From Myxococcota bacterium (lineage in GTDB: Bacteria > Myxococcota_A > UBA9042 > PHBI01 > JAWLBL01), in the NCBI GenBank assembly GCA_041687695.1, contig JAWLBL010000023.1, positions 91,840 through 155,839 of the forward strand: DNA of 64,000 bases, in the 5' to 3' direction. The notes below the pieces were generated by a model. The model made no database searches. It was given only the letters and a program-made list of their open reading frames with translations, and was not told the DNA's origin. The position numbers were made by a program, and so were the translations under genes. Shown piece after piece: positions 46,416 to 56,500 of this stretch. Every line of letters starts with the position of its first letter. The stretch's first letter is position 1.

Positions 46416-47167
46416 GCCACACCGCCCCACCGACCGGCCCGCCGGGCGGGCGCTCGTTGCTCGAGGTGGGCCTGACGGTCGTCATCGGCATCGCGTTCGC
46501 CGGCTACCTCGTCGGGACGCGCGCCGCGCCGACCCCGGCCCTCACGCCCGTGACGCCCTTCGCGCTGGCCGAGGCCGTCGTCGACGCGCCCGACCGCGCG
46601 CTGACCTGGGGCGAGCTCGGCTCGGTCCGGCGCGGCCCCAACCAGGGCCCGTCCAGCGATCTCGCGGCGCTCGCCATCCCGCGCAGCGACCGCACCCCGG
46701 CGCCGCCCGGACCCGAGGAGCGCCTGGCGGCCCTGTCCTCGCGCGCCGAGCGCCGGGCCTACGACGGCGCGCCGCCCACCGTCCCGCACGCCATCGACCA
46801 GGTCAGGGCGGGCTACTGCCTGTCGTGCCACGCCGAGGGCATGCGCCTGGGGGACCGCGTGGCGAGGCGCATCAGCCACCCGCCCTATGCCCAGTGCACC
46901 CAGTGCCACGTCGCCTCCGAAGGGCCGCTGCGGGCCGCCGGGATCGCGCCCCCGTCGACGTTCGCGGGGCTGCGTGGCCACGCGGGCGGCGAGCGGGCCT
47001 GGCCCGGGGCCCCGCCGACCATCCCGCACACGACGCTGATGCGCGAGGACTGCGCCTCGTGCCACGGCCCGGCCGGGCCCGTGGGCCTGCGCACCAGCCA
47101 CCCCGAGCGCGGCAGCTGCACGCAATGCCATGCCCCCTCGGCGGTCCTCGACCAGCGGGGAGGCTGA
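46412..47167 (+). CDS. napB: NapB-like cytochrome with duplicated domain (4 hemes)
   Basis: Two copies of GAPPT(V/I)PH...CxxCH...SHP...CTQCH. Confidence 0.85.
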   Translation: MSHTAPPTGPPGGRSLLEVGLTVVIGIAFAGYLVGTRAAPTPALTPVTPFALAEAVVDAPDRALTWGELGSVRRGPNQGPSSDLAALAIPRSDRTPAPPGPEERLAALSSRAERRAYDGAPPTVPHAIDQVRAGYCLSCHAEGMRLGDRVARRISHPPYAQCTQCHVASEGPLRAAGIAPPSTFAGLRGHAGGERAWPGAPPTIPHTTLMREDCASCHGPAGPVGLRTSHPERGSCTQCHAPSAVLDQRGG

Positions 47168-47172
47168 CCGCC

Positions 47173-47601
47173 ATGAGCGCGCGACCCCGACCCGAGCCGG
47201 CGGCCCTCACGCGCCGTTCCTTCCTGTGCGGCGGCTTCCTCAGCCAGCTCGCCGAGGCGATCCGCCCCGCCGACGTGACGACGCCGGCGCCCGCTCCGCC
47301 GCCGCCGCGAGCGAACGAGCCCGAACCCACGCCCCCGTGGGCCCGTGCCGCCCGTCGCGCCGGCCCCCCGCCGCCGCCCGGCGGCCCGGCCCGCATCCTC
47401 AATTACCTGTGCCTCGCCCACCAGGGCACCGCATGCAGCGCCTGCCGCGAGCACTGCCCGATGCCGGGCGCCATCACGCTCCTCGGCGGCCGTCCCCAGG
47501 TCGTGGCCGCCCTGTGCACGGGCTGCGGCGCCTGCGTCGACGTCTGCCCCGCGCCCGCGCCCGCCGTGGTCCGCCTGCCCCTGCCCCCGAGGACCCCATG
47601 A
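47173..47601 (+). CDS. NapF/NapG-like ferredoxin (short)
   Basis: TRRSFL; CLAHQGTACSACREHCP; CTGCGACVDVCP. Confidence 0.8.
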   Translation: MSARPRPEPAALTRRSFLCGGFLSQLAEAIRPADVTTPAPAPPPPRANEPEPTPPWARAARRAGPPPPPGGPARILNYLCLAHQGTACSACREHCPMPGAITLLGGRPQVVAALCTGCGACVDVCPAPAPAVVRLPLPPRTP

Positions 47602-47909
47602 GCACCCTCGCCGCCGATCCCCCCCTCCCCGACGTCTTCCGCGGCGAGCTGGACCCGGCCGGCCTCGGCCGCCTCTTCAGCGATCTCGCCGGCTTCGCCA
47701 CCCTCGACGAGGTCCGCGTCAAGGGCCCGCCCGGCCGCCGCTGCATGGAAGACACCCCAACCCTCGGCGACGCCCTCGCCCGACTCCTCTCCGGCGACGT
47801 CCGGGGCGTCCAGGTCCGCTACACCTTCGAGGGCCGCGGCTGGTGCGACACCGTCCTCGTCCTCTCCGCCGGTCGCTACGCCCTCACTCGCCTCCGCGCT
47901 CCCGTCTGA
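47598..47909 (+). CDS. Hypothetical protein ending the nap operon
   Basis: ATGA overlap; GAGGA RBS; GVQVRY...WCDT motif. Confidence 0.7.
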   Translation: MSTLAADPPLPDVFRGELDPAGLGRLFSDLAGFATLDEVRVKGPPGRRCMEDTPTLGDALARLLSGDVRGVQVRYTFEGRGWCDTVLVLSAGRYALTRLRAPV

Positions 47910-48127
47910 CGCCCCCCTCCCGACCCGTCGCACCGGTCAGGCACCACCGTAGCTCGGCGTGAACGAACGCCAGCGTCGAACGGCGACGGCCATCTCGCGG
48001 CCATGGTCGTCGATCAGCGTGGCCAGCGAGGTGTAACCCCATCGCGCACTGACCTCCGTCACCGCGTCGGAGACGACGAGCCGCCCCTCGTCGTCCTCGA
48101 AGATGGCCCGCCGCGCCGGCGCGGCGG

Positions 48128-48350
48128 TCAGCGCTCCTCGAAGGAGCCGTAGGCCTCGGCCAGGTGCTCGATCAAGCAGCGCACCGCCGGCAGCAGGCCT
48201 CGGCGCGAGGGGAACACCACGTGGATGATCTCCGGCGGCTGCCAGTCGGGCAGCACGTCGACCAGGCGCCCGGCCGCCGGCATTGCCCCCGCTCTCATCG
48301 AGGCCGAGGTGGCCGAGCAGGCCGGCGGTGCATGCGGAACCGTGCGGCAT
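48128..48350 (-). pseudogene. LysR-type regulator remnant (C-terminal end only)
   Basis: AAGRLVDVLPDWQ...IHVVFPSRRGLLPAVRCLIEHL is a typical LTTR C-terminus; no HTH; divergent from pirin. Confidence 0.7.
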
Positions 48351-48453
48351 CGTTCTACTGGCGCAACGCTGTGGTCATTAGACGTGTCTATTCCGGCAAG
48401 CGTTGCGGCCATAGGATGCAACGGTCTCAGATTGGACGACACGGAGGACCGAG

Positions 48454-49317
48454 ATGAAACCAATCCTGGCGACCCGAAGCGCACCGGCGCCCCACTGGGT
48501 GGGCAACGGTTTTCCGGTGCGCTCCTTGTTCAGCTACGCGGACCGTCATCTGCCGCTCAGCCCGTTCCTGCTGCTGGACTATGCCGGTCCCACCCGGTTT
48601 CCGGCCGGCCGTGAGCGCCGCGGCGTCGGCGAGCACCCGCACCGCGGGTTCGAGACCGTGACCATCGTCTACGGCGGCGAGGTCGAGCACCGCGACTCTT
48701 CCGGTGGCGGCGGTGTCATCGGTCCCGGCGATGTGCAGTGGATGACGGCCGGCGGCGGGATCCTGCACGAGGAGTTCCACACCGAGGCCTTCACCCGACG
48801 TGGCGGCGAGCTGGAGATGGTCCAGCTGTGGGTCAACCTGCCGGGACGAGACAAGCTCACGCCGGCGCGCTACCAGGCCATCGTCGACGCCGACATCCCG
48901 GTCATCGAGCTGCCCGACGCGGCTGGTCGCCTGCGCCTCATCGCCGGCGAGCTCGACGGTCGACGCGGGGCCGCCGAGACGTTCTCGCCGGTTGACGTCT
49001 GGGACCTGCGGCTGGCGGCCGGCAAGCGGGTCGAGCTGCCCGCCGCCGACGGCCGCAGCCTGATGGTCGTAGCGCTGCAGGGCACGGTGCTCGTCAACGA
49101 CGAGGCGATCCTGCGGGACGCGCAGCTGGCCGTGCTGGACCCACACGGCGAAGGCGTCGCCGTGCAGGCCGACGGCGACGCCAAGCTGCTGGTGCTGGGC
49201 GGAGCGCCCATCGACGAGCCGGTGGTGGGCTACGGCCCCTTCGTCATGACCAGCGAGGCCGAGATCCGGCAGGCCATCGCCGACTTCAACAGCGGCCGCT
49301 TCGGCCGCGCTCCCTGA
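48454..49317 (+). CDS. Pirin-family protein
   Basis: PFLLLDY, HPHRGFETVT, GDVQWMTAGGGILHEE, QLWVNLP, GPFVM. Confidence 0.95.
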   Translation: MKPILATRSAPAPHWVGNGFPVRSLFSYADRHLPLSPFLLLDYAGPTRFPAGRERRGVGEHPHRGFETVTIVYGGEVEHRDSSGGGGVIGPGDVQWMTAGGGILHEEFHTEAFTRRGGELEMVQLWVNLPGRDKLTPARYQAIVDADIPVIELPDAAGRLRLIAGELDGRRGAAETFSPVDVWDLRLAAGKRVELPAADGRSLMVVALQGTVLVNDEAILRDAQLAVLDPHGEGVAVQADGDAKLLVLGGAPIDEPVVGYGPFVMTSEAEIRQAIADFNSGRFGRAP

Positions 49318-49318
49318 G

Positions 49319-49338
49319 CCCTCGGCGGTCGCCGAGGG
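49319..49338 (+). other. Perfect hairpin after pirin (no U-tract)
   Basis: ccctcggcg-gt-cgccgaggg. Confidence 0.5.
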
Positions 49339-49370
49339 TGAATCACGCTGTCACACCCAAGAGGTTCGTC

Positions 49371-49424
49371 ATGAGCAAAGAGAATGTGCGCTCGAACAAG
49401 GACGACGCCGCGGCGCCCTTGTCG
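49371..49424 (+). pseudogene. Probable 5' remnant of a YcaC-like isochorismatase-family hydrolase
   Basis: AAGAGG RBS, then MSKENVRSNKDDAAAP, which resembles the YcaC N-terminus (MTKPYVRLDKNDAAV, from memory). It runs into the next convergent gene. Confidence 0.45.
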
Positions 49425-50003
49425 CTAACGCGCCAGCTCGAATGACTCGAGCACCAGCTCGGTCTGCAGGGTCCGCTGCCCGTCGGTCTCGGTCACCACC
49501 TTTATCCTGACGATACCGACGCGCGGAGCGAAGGTGATCTCGCTCACCAGCGTGGTCTTCGCGTCCATCTCGTTGCGGCTCTCGACCCGTACGCAGCGCT
49601 CGAACCGCCCCGCTGGCACCTCGCAGGGGACCCCGGTCTCCAAGATCCGGTAGCGCTCCGTGAACGAGTCCGACACCACGTTGGTCCAGCCTCGCCCAGC
49701 CTCGACGGGCTCCCTCAGCAGGTAGCGCTTGCGGTCGGTGATCCCGAGCGCGTCCACCGAGAGCTGCCCGCCCTCGCTATCGGAGAACACCCCGCCCTCC
49801 TCCCGCTCGATCCGGACCGTCTGCTTGGGGCCCTCGCCCCGGAGCGCGACCCGATACGTCCAGCGGTTGCCGACCGCCAACGGGTAGTAGATGGCAACGC
49901 CGGGCCCTCCTCCTGGCGACCGCGCGTCCAGCCGCGTCACACACCCCGCCGCAGCCACCACCGCCAGCACCAGGAGCAACAGCCGTTTCGTCGTCGTCTT
50001 CAC
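49425..50003 (-). CDS. Hypothetical lipoprotein
   Basis: Lipobox AAGC; YYPLAVGNRWTY; VPAGRFERC; FAPRVGIV. Confidence 0.8.
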   Translation of the reverse strand: MKTTTKRLLLLVLAVVAAAGCVTRLDARSPGGGPGVAIYYPLAVGNRWTYRVALRGEGPKQTVRIEREEGGVFSDSEGGQLSVDALGITDRKRYLLREPVEAGRGWTNVVSDSFTERYRILETGVPCEVPAGRFERCVRVESRNEMDAKTTLVSEITFAPRVGIVRIKVVTETDGQRTLQTELVLESFELAR

Positions 50004-50303
50004 GCGTCGTCCTCCCCTCGAGCCAAGGGCCCCGAGGGCAGATCCCAACTTGCCGCCGCCGGGTCAAGCCCCAACTCGCAGACAACGCCACGCGTCACGC
50101 CTCAGGTCCCGCCGGCCGCTGTGCCGCGCTCTCGCCGGCGTGCTCGGAGGGAGCAAACGGCGGACGCGAGCTGCGATCTCTGTCGCGGTGCATCCCGTGA
50201 ATCGAGGCACAGGACGATCGCCGCCTGGCGCATCACCCCGGTCTCGCCAACCGCCTCGCGGACGGGCAGGGGGGGGCGCACGTCTCGGTGCCCCTCTCGG
50301 GCC

Positions 50304-51770
50304 TCAGGGGGCCGCGCAGACGAGCCCGCACTTGTAGGTCGCCATGAAGACGCAGGCGTCGTCCCAGGTCCCGCTGCAGCAGGTGGGGTCGAAGCCGCAG
50401 ACGCACGCCTGGAGGTCCGGCGAGTCGGGGCAGCCCGGCGTGGCGCTGGCGTCGCAGCAGGTGCCGGGCGGGACCTGGGGCGGGCACTGGGCGCCGCAGC
50501 CTTCGGCGAGGAAGACGCAGACGTCGTCCCAGTCCTCGGCGCAGCAGCTCGGGTCGGCGGCGCACACGCAGGCCTCGATCTCCGGGTCCTCGGCGCAGCC
50601 GGGGCCCGACCAGGTGCAGCACGCCGGAGCGGCGACGGCGCAGGGCCAGACGCCGATGCAGTCCGGGTCCAGGCAGTCGACGGAGAGGTCGCCGTCCTCG
50701 TCGACCCCGCCCGTGCACTTCTCCGGCGGGAGCTCGCAGGCCGCCAAGCAGGAGAGCTTCGCCTTGTGAGCGCACGACAGGTCCCAGTCGTCGGTGCAGC
50801 AGGTCGCGTCGATGGCGCAGACGCACGCCTCGACGGCCGGGTCGGCGCCGCAGCCGGCCTGGGGCTTGGGCGTGCAGCAATCGAGCGGGCCACCGCAGGC
50901 CTCGAGATCGGCGCAGTCGGGGTCGGCGCAGTCGGCCAGCCCGTCGCCGTCCTCGTCGCCGGCCACCGCGCAGTCCTCGACGGCGGGTGGGCAGTCGGCC
51001 CAACAGCCCGTCGCGCAGCGCCCGCCGCACAGCGTCGCCTTCGCCGCGCAGGCCAGGTCCCAGAGCCCCTCACAGCAGAAGGGGTCGTCGGCGCAGACGC
51101 AGGCCGCCACCGCCGGCTCGGCCGCGCAGCCGGCCCCCGCCGCCGCCTCGCAGCACGGGCTCGGCGCCTGGCAGAGGGGCACGCCGGCGCAGTCGAGGTC
51201 GGCGCAGTCGATGCCGCCGTCGCCGTCGTCGTCGAGGCCGTCGTTGCAGGCCGCCTCGCCCGTCGGGCCGGCGTCGCCGCCGACGTCCTCGTCCCCGGCA
51301 TCCGCCGCGACATCGGGAGTGCCACCGTCGGGCACGACGTCCTCCGGCGTCCCCTCATCGGTCACGACGTCTTCGGGCCCGGGGTCTGGCGTCACATCCT
51401 CCGGCGTCCCATCGTCGGCCACCACGTCCCCGGGTGTCGCCTCGTCGGGGAGGACGTCCCCGGGTGTCGCCTCGTCGGGGAGGACGTCCTCGGGGCCGAC
51501 GTCTGGCGTCACATCCTCCGGCGTCGCCTCGTCGGGCACCACGTCCTCCGGCGTCGCCTCGTCGGGCACCACGTCCTCGGGCGGCAGCTCCGGCGCGACG
51601 TCCTCGGGTGTCGCCTCGTCGGCCGTCACGTCCTTGGCTCCGTTGGCGTCCTCGCCCGCCACCTCGTCGCCAGCGGCGTCCGGCGCGCCCTGCGGCCCGT
51701 CCTCGCCGCACGCCGCCAAGATCAGCAGCGCCATCCCCCCAATCAACGTTCGCGTCACGTCGCGCCTCAC
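50304..51770 (-). CDS. Lipoprotein: acidic decapeptide stalk, Cys-rich repeats, DxDGD Ca-binding-like repeats
   Basis: Lipobox LAAC; about 11 EDVxPDEATP units; 4 CC-CVC-CC-W repeats; 3 D.DGD...DC.D.DC units; GTGA overlap with the upstream gene. Confidence 0.8.
   Translation of the reverse strand: MRRDVTRTLIGGMALLILAACGEDGPQGAPDAAGDEVAGEDANGAKDVTADEATPEDVAPELPPEDVVPDEATPEDVVPDEATPEDVTPDVGPEDVLPDEATPGDVLPDEATPGDVVADDGTPEDVTPDPGPEDVVTDEGTPEDVVPDGGTPDVAADAGDEDVGGDAGPTGEAACNDGLDDDGDGGIDCADLDCAGVPLCQAPSPCCEAAAGAGCAAEPAVAACVCADDPFCCEGLWDLACAAKATLCGGRCATGCWADCPPAVEDCAVAGDEDGDGLADCADPDCADLEACGGPLDCCTPKPQAGCGADPAVEACVCAIDATCCTDDWDLSCAHKAKLSCLAACELPPEKCTGGVDEDGDLSVDCLDPDCIGVWPCAVAAPACCTWSGPGCAEDPEIEACVCAADPSCCAEDWDDVCVFLAEGCGAQCPPQVPPGTCCDASATPGCPDSPDLQACVCGFDPTCCSGTWDDACVFMATYKCGLVCAAP
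51316..51635 (-). repeat. Coding 27/30-bp tandem repeat (EDVVPDEATP)
   Basis: About 11 degenerate units visible in both DNA and protein. Confidence 0.85.
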
Positions 51771-53569
51771 AGCTTCGCCACCTGCGCCAGGGACGTCAGC
51801 CGGGCGCGTAGCCCTGGCCGCACCCCCGGAGTCGCCAGCATCGTCTCGAGGGCGGCGGCGATCTCGCCCCTCGCCCGGGTCTCGACGTGCCGCTGAAAGA
51901 GCGTATGGAGCACGCCGAAGTTCGCCGCCGCGATCCGCCCCTCGGCCGCGGCCCGGATGACCGGCGCAACGGCCCCGTGGCTGGCGAAGCTGCGGATGGC
52001 CGCCTTCTGCACCGCCGGGTCCGGGTCGACCAGCAGCGGCCCCCACGCCGCGCTCGGCGGCAGCCTCCGGATGGCGATCGCCACCGCCCGCCGCAGCTCC
52101 GCCGAGGGCGCGTCGACGAGCTCCGCCAGCACCTCGGCCGACCGCGGGCGCCCTGCGTTGCCGAGGGCGGCGACGTAGTGGGCGCGGTCCTCGTCGGGAG
52201 CGTCGTCGAGGGCCGCCTCGAGCTCGGCCGCCAGAGCGTCCGCCCGCGCCGGCTCGCCGCTCCGGCCCAGCGCGTGGGCCACCGCCCCGAGGGTGTAGGC
52301 CGCGGCCATGCGCACCTTCGGGCGCGGCCCCTCACGCCACACCTGCCGCAGGAACGCGACGGTCTCGGCCGCTGGCGCGTCGAGGGCCAGCAGGCGCTGG
52401 ACGCGGGCCCCGGCGAGCGGCGCGTCGGCCGCCACCTCGGCCCGCAGCAGCCGCACCGCCGCCGCCTGGGCCGCCGGCGAGCCCGCGGACGCCAACAGAT
52501 CCAACCCGAGGTCGCGCGCCGCGTCGCTGGTCCCGGGCTGGGACCAGGCCGCCTCCAGGGCGCGGACCGCCTCGGGCGACCGCTCGAGCAGCGCGCTCGC
52601 CTGCACCAGGAAGCCGGCGTGCTCGGGCCCGCCGATCGACTCCCTGGTGGCCCCCGCCACCCGGGCCGCCAGCGCCACGGCGGTCAAATCCCCGGCGCGC
52701 GCCGCCAGCACCCGGTCCCGCGCGTCGGGCCCGGCCGGCGCCGCCGCGGCCATGGGCGGCAGCACGTCGAAGGTGCCGCTGGCCACCGCCGGGTCGCCCG
52801 GCGCGACGCCCGTCCGCTGGGCGGTCAGGGTCAAGGACGCCTCGAAGCGCTGTGCGCTCCGGACGCCGGAAATCTGCACCCGCTCGTCGGTCCGCACCGA
52901 GACCGGCGCGCCCGCCTCGTCGAGCTGGGCCGTCAGCCCGCCGGCGACCCGGGCCTGGCTGGCCGGGACGCCCAGGGACGCCGCCGCGAGCAGCTGGCGG
53001 TAGGCGCGCGGCCCGCGCCGGACCTCGCGCCCGTCGCGGGTGAACGTCGCGTCGGCGATGCCCTGGGGGGTCCGCTCCTCGGCGCTCCAGCGAACTTCGC
53101 TCGCCGGGATCGGCGGCAAGAGCTCCGGGGCGACCAGGCGGGCCAGGTGCCGGAAGCTCGCGCTGGCCCCCGCCGAGACGGCGATCTCGTCCACGGCGCC
53201 GTGGGCGTCGAGCCGCACCCGCGCCCGGTGCCCGGCCAGCGCGAGCGGCTCGGCCTCGTCGCGCCCGAGGACCCGGACCTCCAGCCGCTCGGGCGTCCCG
53301 AACCGCAGGACGCGCTCGCGGGGGCTGGTGACCTCGACGGAGACCGGTCCGGTGAAGACGACGCGTCCTCCGAGCGGCGCCTCGCCCATCGCGACCGTGG
53401 TCTCGGCGGTGAGCGCGACCCGCCAGCTCTGCCGAACCGCCCGGGCGACCTCGGCCGCCGGCGGCCTCTGCTCGAGCTGCGGCCCCGGTCCGTCGAGCGC
53501 CGTCCAGACCGCGACCGCGCCGACCAGCAGGCCGGCGCCCGTCACCCAAATCGTCGTGTTCCGTCCCAT
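51767..53569 (-). CDS. N-terminally anchored protein with beta-rich N-domain and HEAT-like helical repeats
   Basis: TM at residues 8-25; beta-strand region; AYTLGAVA, AALGNAG, ELRRAVAIA and DPAVQKAA helical repeats. Confidence 0.8.
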   Translation of the reverse strand: MGRNTTIWVTGAGLLVGAVAVWTALDGPGPQLEQRPPAAEVARAVRQSWRVALTAETTVAMGEAPLGGRVVFTGPVSVEVTSPRERVLRFGTPERLEVRVLGRDEAEPLALAGHRARVRLDAHGAVDEIAVSAGASASFRHLARLVAPELLPPIPASEVRWSAEERTPQGIADATFTRDGREVRRGPRAYRQLLAAASLGVPASQARVAGGLTAQLDEAGAPVSVRTDERVQISGVRSAQRFEASLTLTAQRTGVAPGDPAVASGTFDVLPPMAAAAPAGPDARDRVLAARAGDLTAVALAARVAGATRESIGGPEHAGFLVQASALLERSPEAVRALEAAWSQPGTSDAARDLGLDLLASAGSPAAQAAAVRLLRAEVAADAPLAGARVQRLLALDAPAAETVAFLRQVWREGPRPKVRMAAAYTLGAVAHALGRSGEPARADALAAELEAALDDAPDEDRAHYVAALGNAGRPRSAEVLAELVDAPSAELRRAVAIAIRRLPPSAAWGPLLVDPDPAVQKAAIRSFASHGAVAPVIRAAAEGRIAAANFGVLHTLFQRHVETRARGEIAAALETMLATPGVRPGLRARLTSLAQVAKL

Positions 53570-53572
53570 CGG

Positions 53573-56500
53573 TCACTCGCTCGCCGGGCACTCGACGATG
53601 CCCTGCTGTTGGCACACCTCGATGAGGCCCAGGATCGGGATGGTCAGGCTGGTCCCGAACAGGCGGGAGTCGTGCCGGATCCCGCGCCAGGACGCGATCG
53701 TCTTGTCGTACCGCTCCTTCCACACGCCGACGTCGATCTCCGCGAAGAGCTTGAAGCGCCCGTCGAGCGCCCGCAGGACGAGGTCGGCCGTCGACTCGAG
53801 GCGGGCGATGACGTCGAGCCCCTCGAGCCCGATGAAGGCGTGGAGCGTGAGCGGGAGATCGAGGCCGAGGACGACCACCTCGCCGCGGACCCCGGCCCGG
53901 ACGACCGTGTAGTCGACGGCCGCCGAGAGGAAGCCGTAGACCTCGATCACCGGGCGAATCGACGCGTCGAGCCGAGCGTGGACCTCGGCGATGGGCGTCG
54001 CCACGTCGACGTCGGTCTGGACCTCGATGACCCCGCCGAGGCCCCCGCTGATGCGCACCGGCACGCCGGCGATGGGGAACACCGGCCCGTCGAACTCGTA
54101 CTCCTCGGCGCGGGTGTAGCTGTCCTCGACGAAGTTCCAGTCCTGCGGGATCTCGATGGGGAAGGCGTCGTCGAAGAGCTGGACCCCGAGCACCTCGATC
54201 CCGAGGGCGCTCGGCTCGCTGCCCGGGCGGGTGCCGTTGATGGTCAGGTCGGCCGCGATGAGCGGGATGCGCTTGCCCAGGGCGCGCCCCTCGGCCCAGA
54301 TGCCGGCGGCCGCGCGGATGTCCGACACGTTGTCCTGCGCGCTGGAGATCGCCAGGTCCACGATGTCCCACGCGAAGTGGTAGTCGTAGTCGTAGCCGAA
54401 CCAGTCGTCGGACTTGCGGCGCATCTCGTCGATGGACTTGCCGGTGCGCGGCTGGCCGTCTTCGGTGGTCAACCCGAGGCTGGCCAGGTGGTTGGCCACG
54501 TCGATGAGCCACTGCCTGTGGTCGACGAAGAACTGCTCGAGGGCGACGGTGTCCGCCGTGTAGTCCTTGTCGGGGTACGTCTTGTCCCCGATGGGGGTGA
54601 ACGCGTAGCCGTCGAGGCTCGCGAAGTCCACGGACCCGGTCTCCTCGCGGCAACGCTCGAGGTCCTGGTCGCGGCCCGCGGGCGGGTGGCGCTGGAGCTG
54701 CTGCACGAAGTCGCGGGGCGACCAGTCGCACGGGTTCGCCTCCAGGGTCAGGCACCCGAGGGCGTCCGCCTCGACGATGGCCTCGACGACCGCGTCGACC
54801 CGCCGCTCGGCGAGGGCCTCGAGGGCGGCGATCTGCTCGGGCGAGGCCTGGTTGTCGAAGGTCGACGGCACGTCCTGCTCGAGGCCCGAGATGGCCGCGA
54901 GGTGCTGCTGGTGGTCGGTCACCACCTCGGGCATCACCGCGCCGCGCGCCAGGGCCAGCGCCTGCAGCGCGTACTCGGCGGCCTGGACCAGCTGGCGGTA
55001 GCGGTCCTTGATGGGCTCGTACGACAGCAGCTCGCCGTCGTCGTGGCCCTGGGCGGCCAGGGTGTCGGACATCTGGCGGTGCCAGGCGAAGCCCTTGTCG
55101 GTCTTCGGCATGCCCTGGCGCACGCGGGCCCAGATCTGCGGCCCCTTGGGCGGGGCGAACCCGGAGAAGGCGTCGCCCTCGAGCAGCCACAGGTCGGCGT
55201 TGAAGGTCGCGTGCTCGCTGAGGGCGACGTAGAGGAAGGTGGGGATCTCGAAGAACGGGCTCTTGGCGCGTGGCTCGGTGATGTCCACCGCCTCGGCCGG
55301 CTGCCCCGACCGGCGCCGCAGCCCGTCGCCGTCGAGGGTGCGCGTGGCCACCGACGCCGCCTCGGCGAGCGGGCCGTAGGCCAGGTCGAAGATGGCCCGG
55401 TAGTCGCCCGCGAGCGCCGCCGCCCCGTCCTCGAACTGGTGCCAGTCCCAGTGTTTCTCGTAGAGGTACTCCTCGCAGGCCGACACGCCCGCGCCGTTGA
55501 TGTCCCACAGGCCCTTGATGAACGCCTCGGTCGCCGGCGCGTAGGCGGCCCACGGGGTGGCGCGCGAGACGACCGGCGCGTCGCCCTCCCACGGGTCGGG
55601 GACGGCCTGGGTGACCGACAGGGCGCTATCGGGCCGATAGGCGACCAGGGCCGACGTGCCGTACAGGGTCGGCCGCACCGCCGTGACCGTCTCGCCGGAG
55701 GTCTGCAGCGCCCCACCCACGGCCTCGCCGGCCTGACGGGCGTGCTCGTGGCAGGGGTGGCTCGCGTCCTGGCGCGCCCCCTCCAGCATCAGCCGCCCAC
55801 ACAGGCGGTCGAGGAAGGCCGGGTCGGTGCAGTGGAAGGCGCTCGGCGCGGGGCACAGGGCGTCGTCGAAGGTGCCGAGCGCGACCGGCGCCGGCGCCCC
55901 TCCGAAGACGAAGAGGTCGTCGGGCAGGCAGACCCCAGCGGTGCACGAGGTCCCCGCCGCGCAGGCGCAGTCGGCCGCGCAGCTCAGGCAGTCCTCGCCC
56001 GGGGAGCACTGCCCGTCGCCGCAGACCTCGGCCTGACAGAGCGCGACGGCGAGGTCGGCGCACCCGCTGTCCCAGTCGGTGTCGCAGCAGAAGGCCTCGA
56101 AGTCACAGACGCAGGCCTCGACGACGTCGTCGCTGCACCCGGGGGAGCCGTTGGCCTCGAGGCACGGCCCCTCACCGGCCGCCGGCGTCAGGCAGCCCGC
56201 GCCGCACGCGTGGGCGAGCGTCACGCACCCGGCGTCCCAGGCGTGGCTGCAGCACCACGGGTCCTGGTCGCAGACGCAGTCGGCGACGGTCGCGTCGGCG
56301 CAGCCGCCCGGGGTGGTCGACGTGTCGCAGCACCCCGGCAGGGTGCACACCGCGCCGCAGGCCTCGGCCTGGGCCACGCACTCGGCCGTCCACGGGCCGG
56401 CGCAGCACGCCGGCAGGGCGTCACACACGCAGGCCTCGACCGGGAACATGACGCAGCCCGGCGAGGCGTGCTCGTCGCAGCAGGGGAACTCGCCGACCGA

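Noticed and set aside
35296..48350. The two LysR fragments being halves of one split gene
   Set aside because: They are 12.5 kb apart, most of the effector domain is missing from both, and each sits in its own divergent context.
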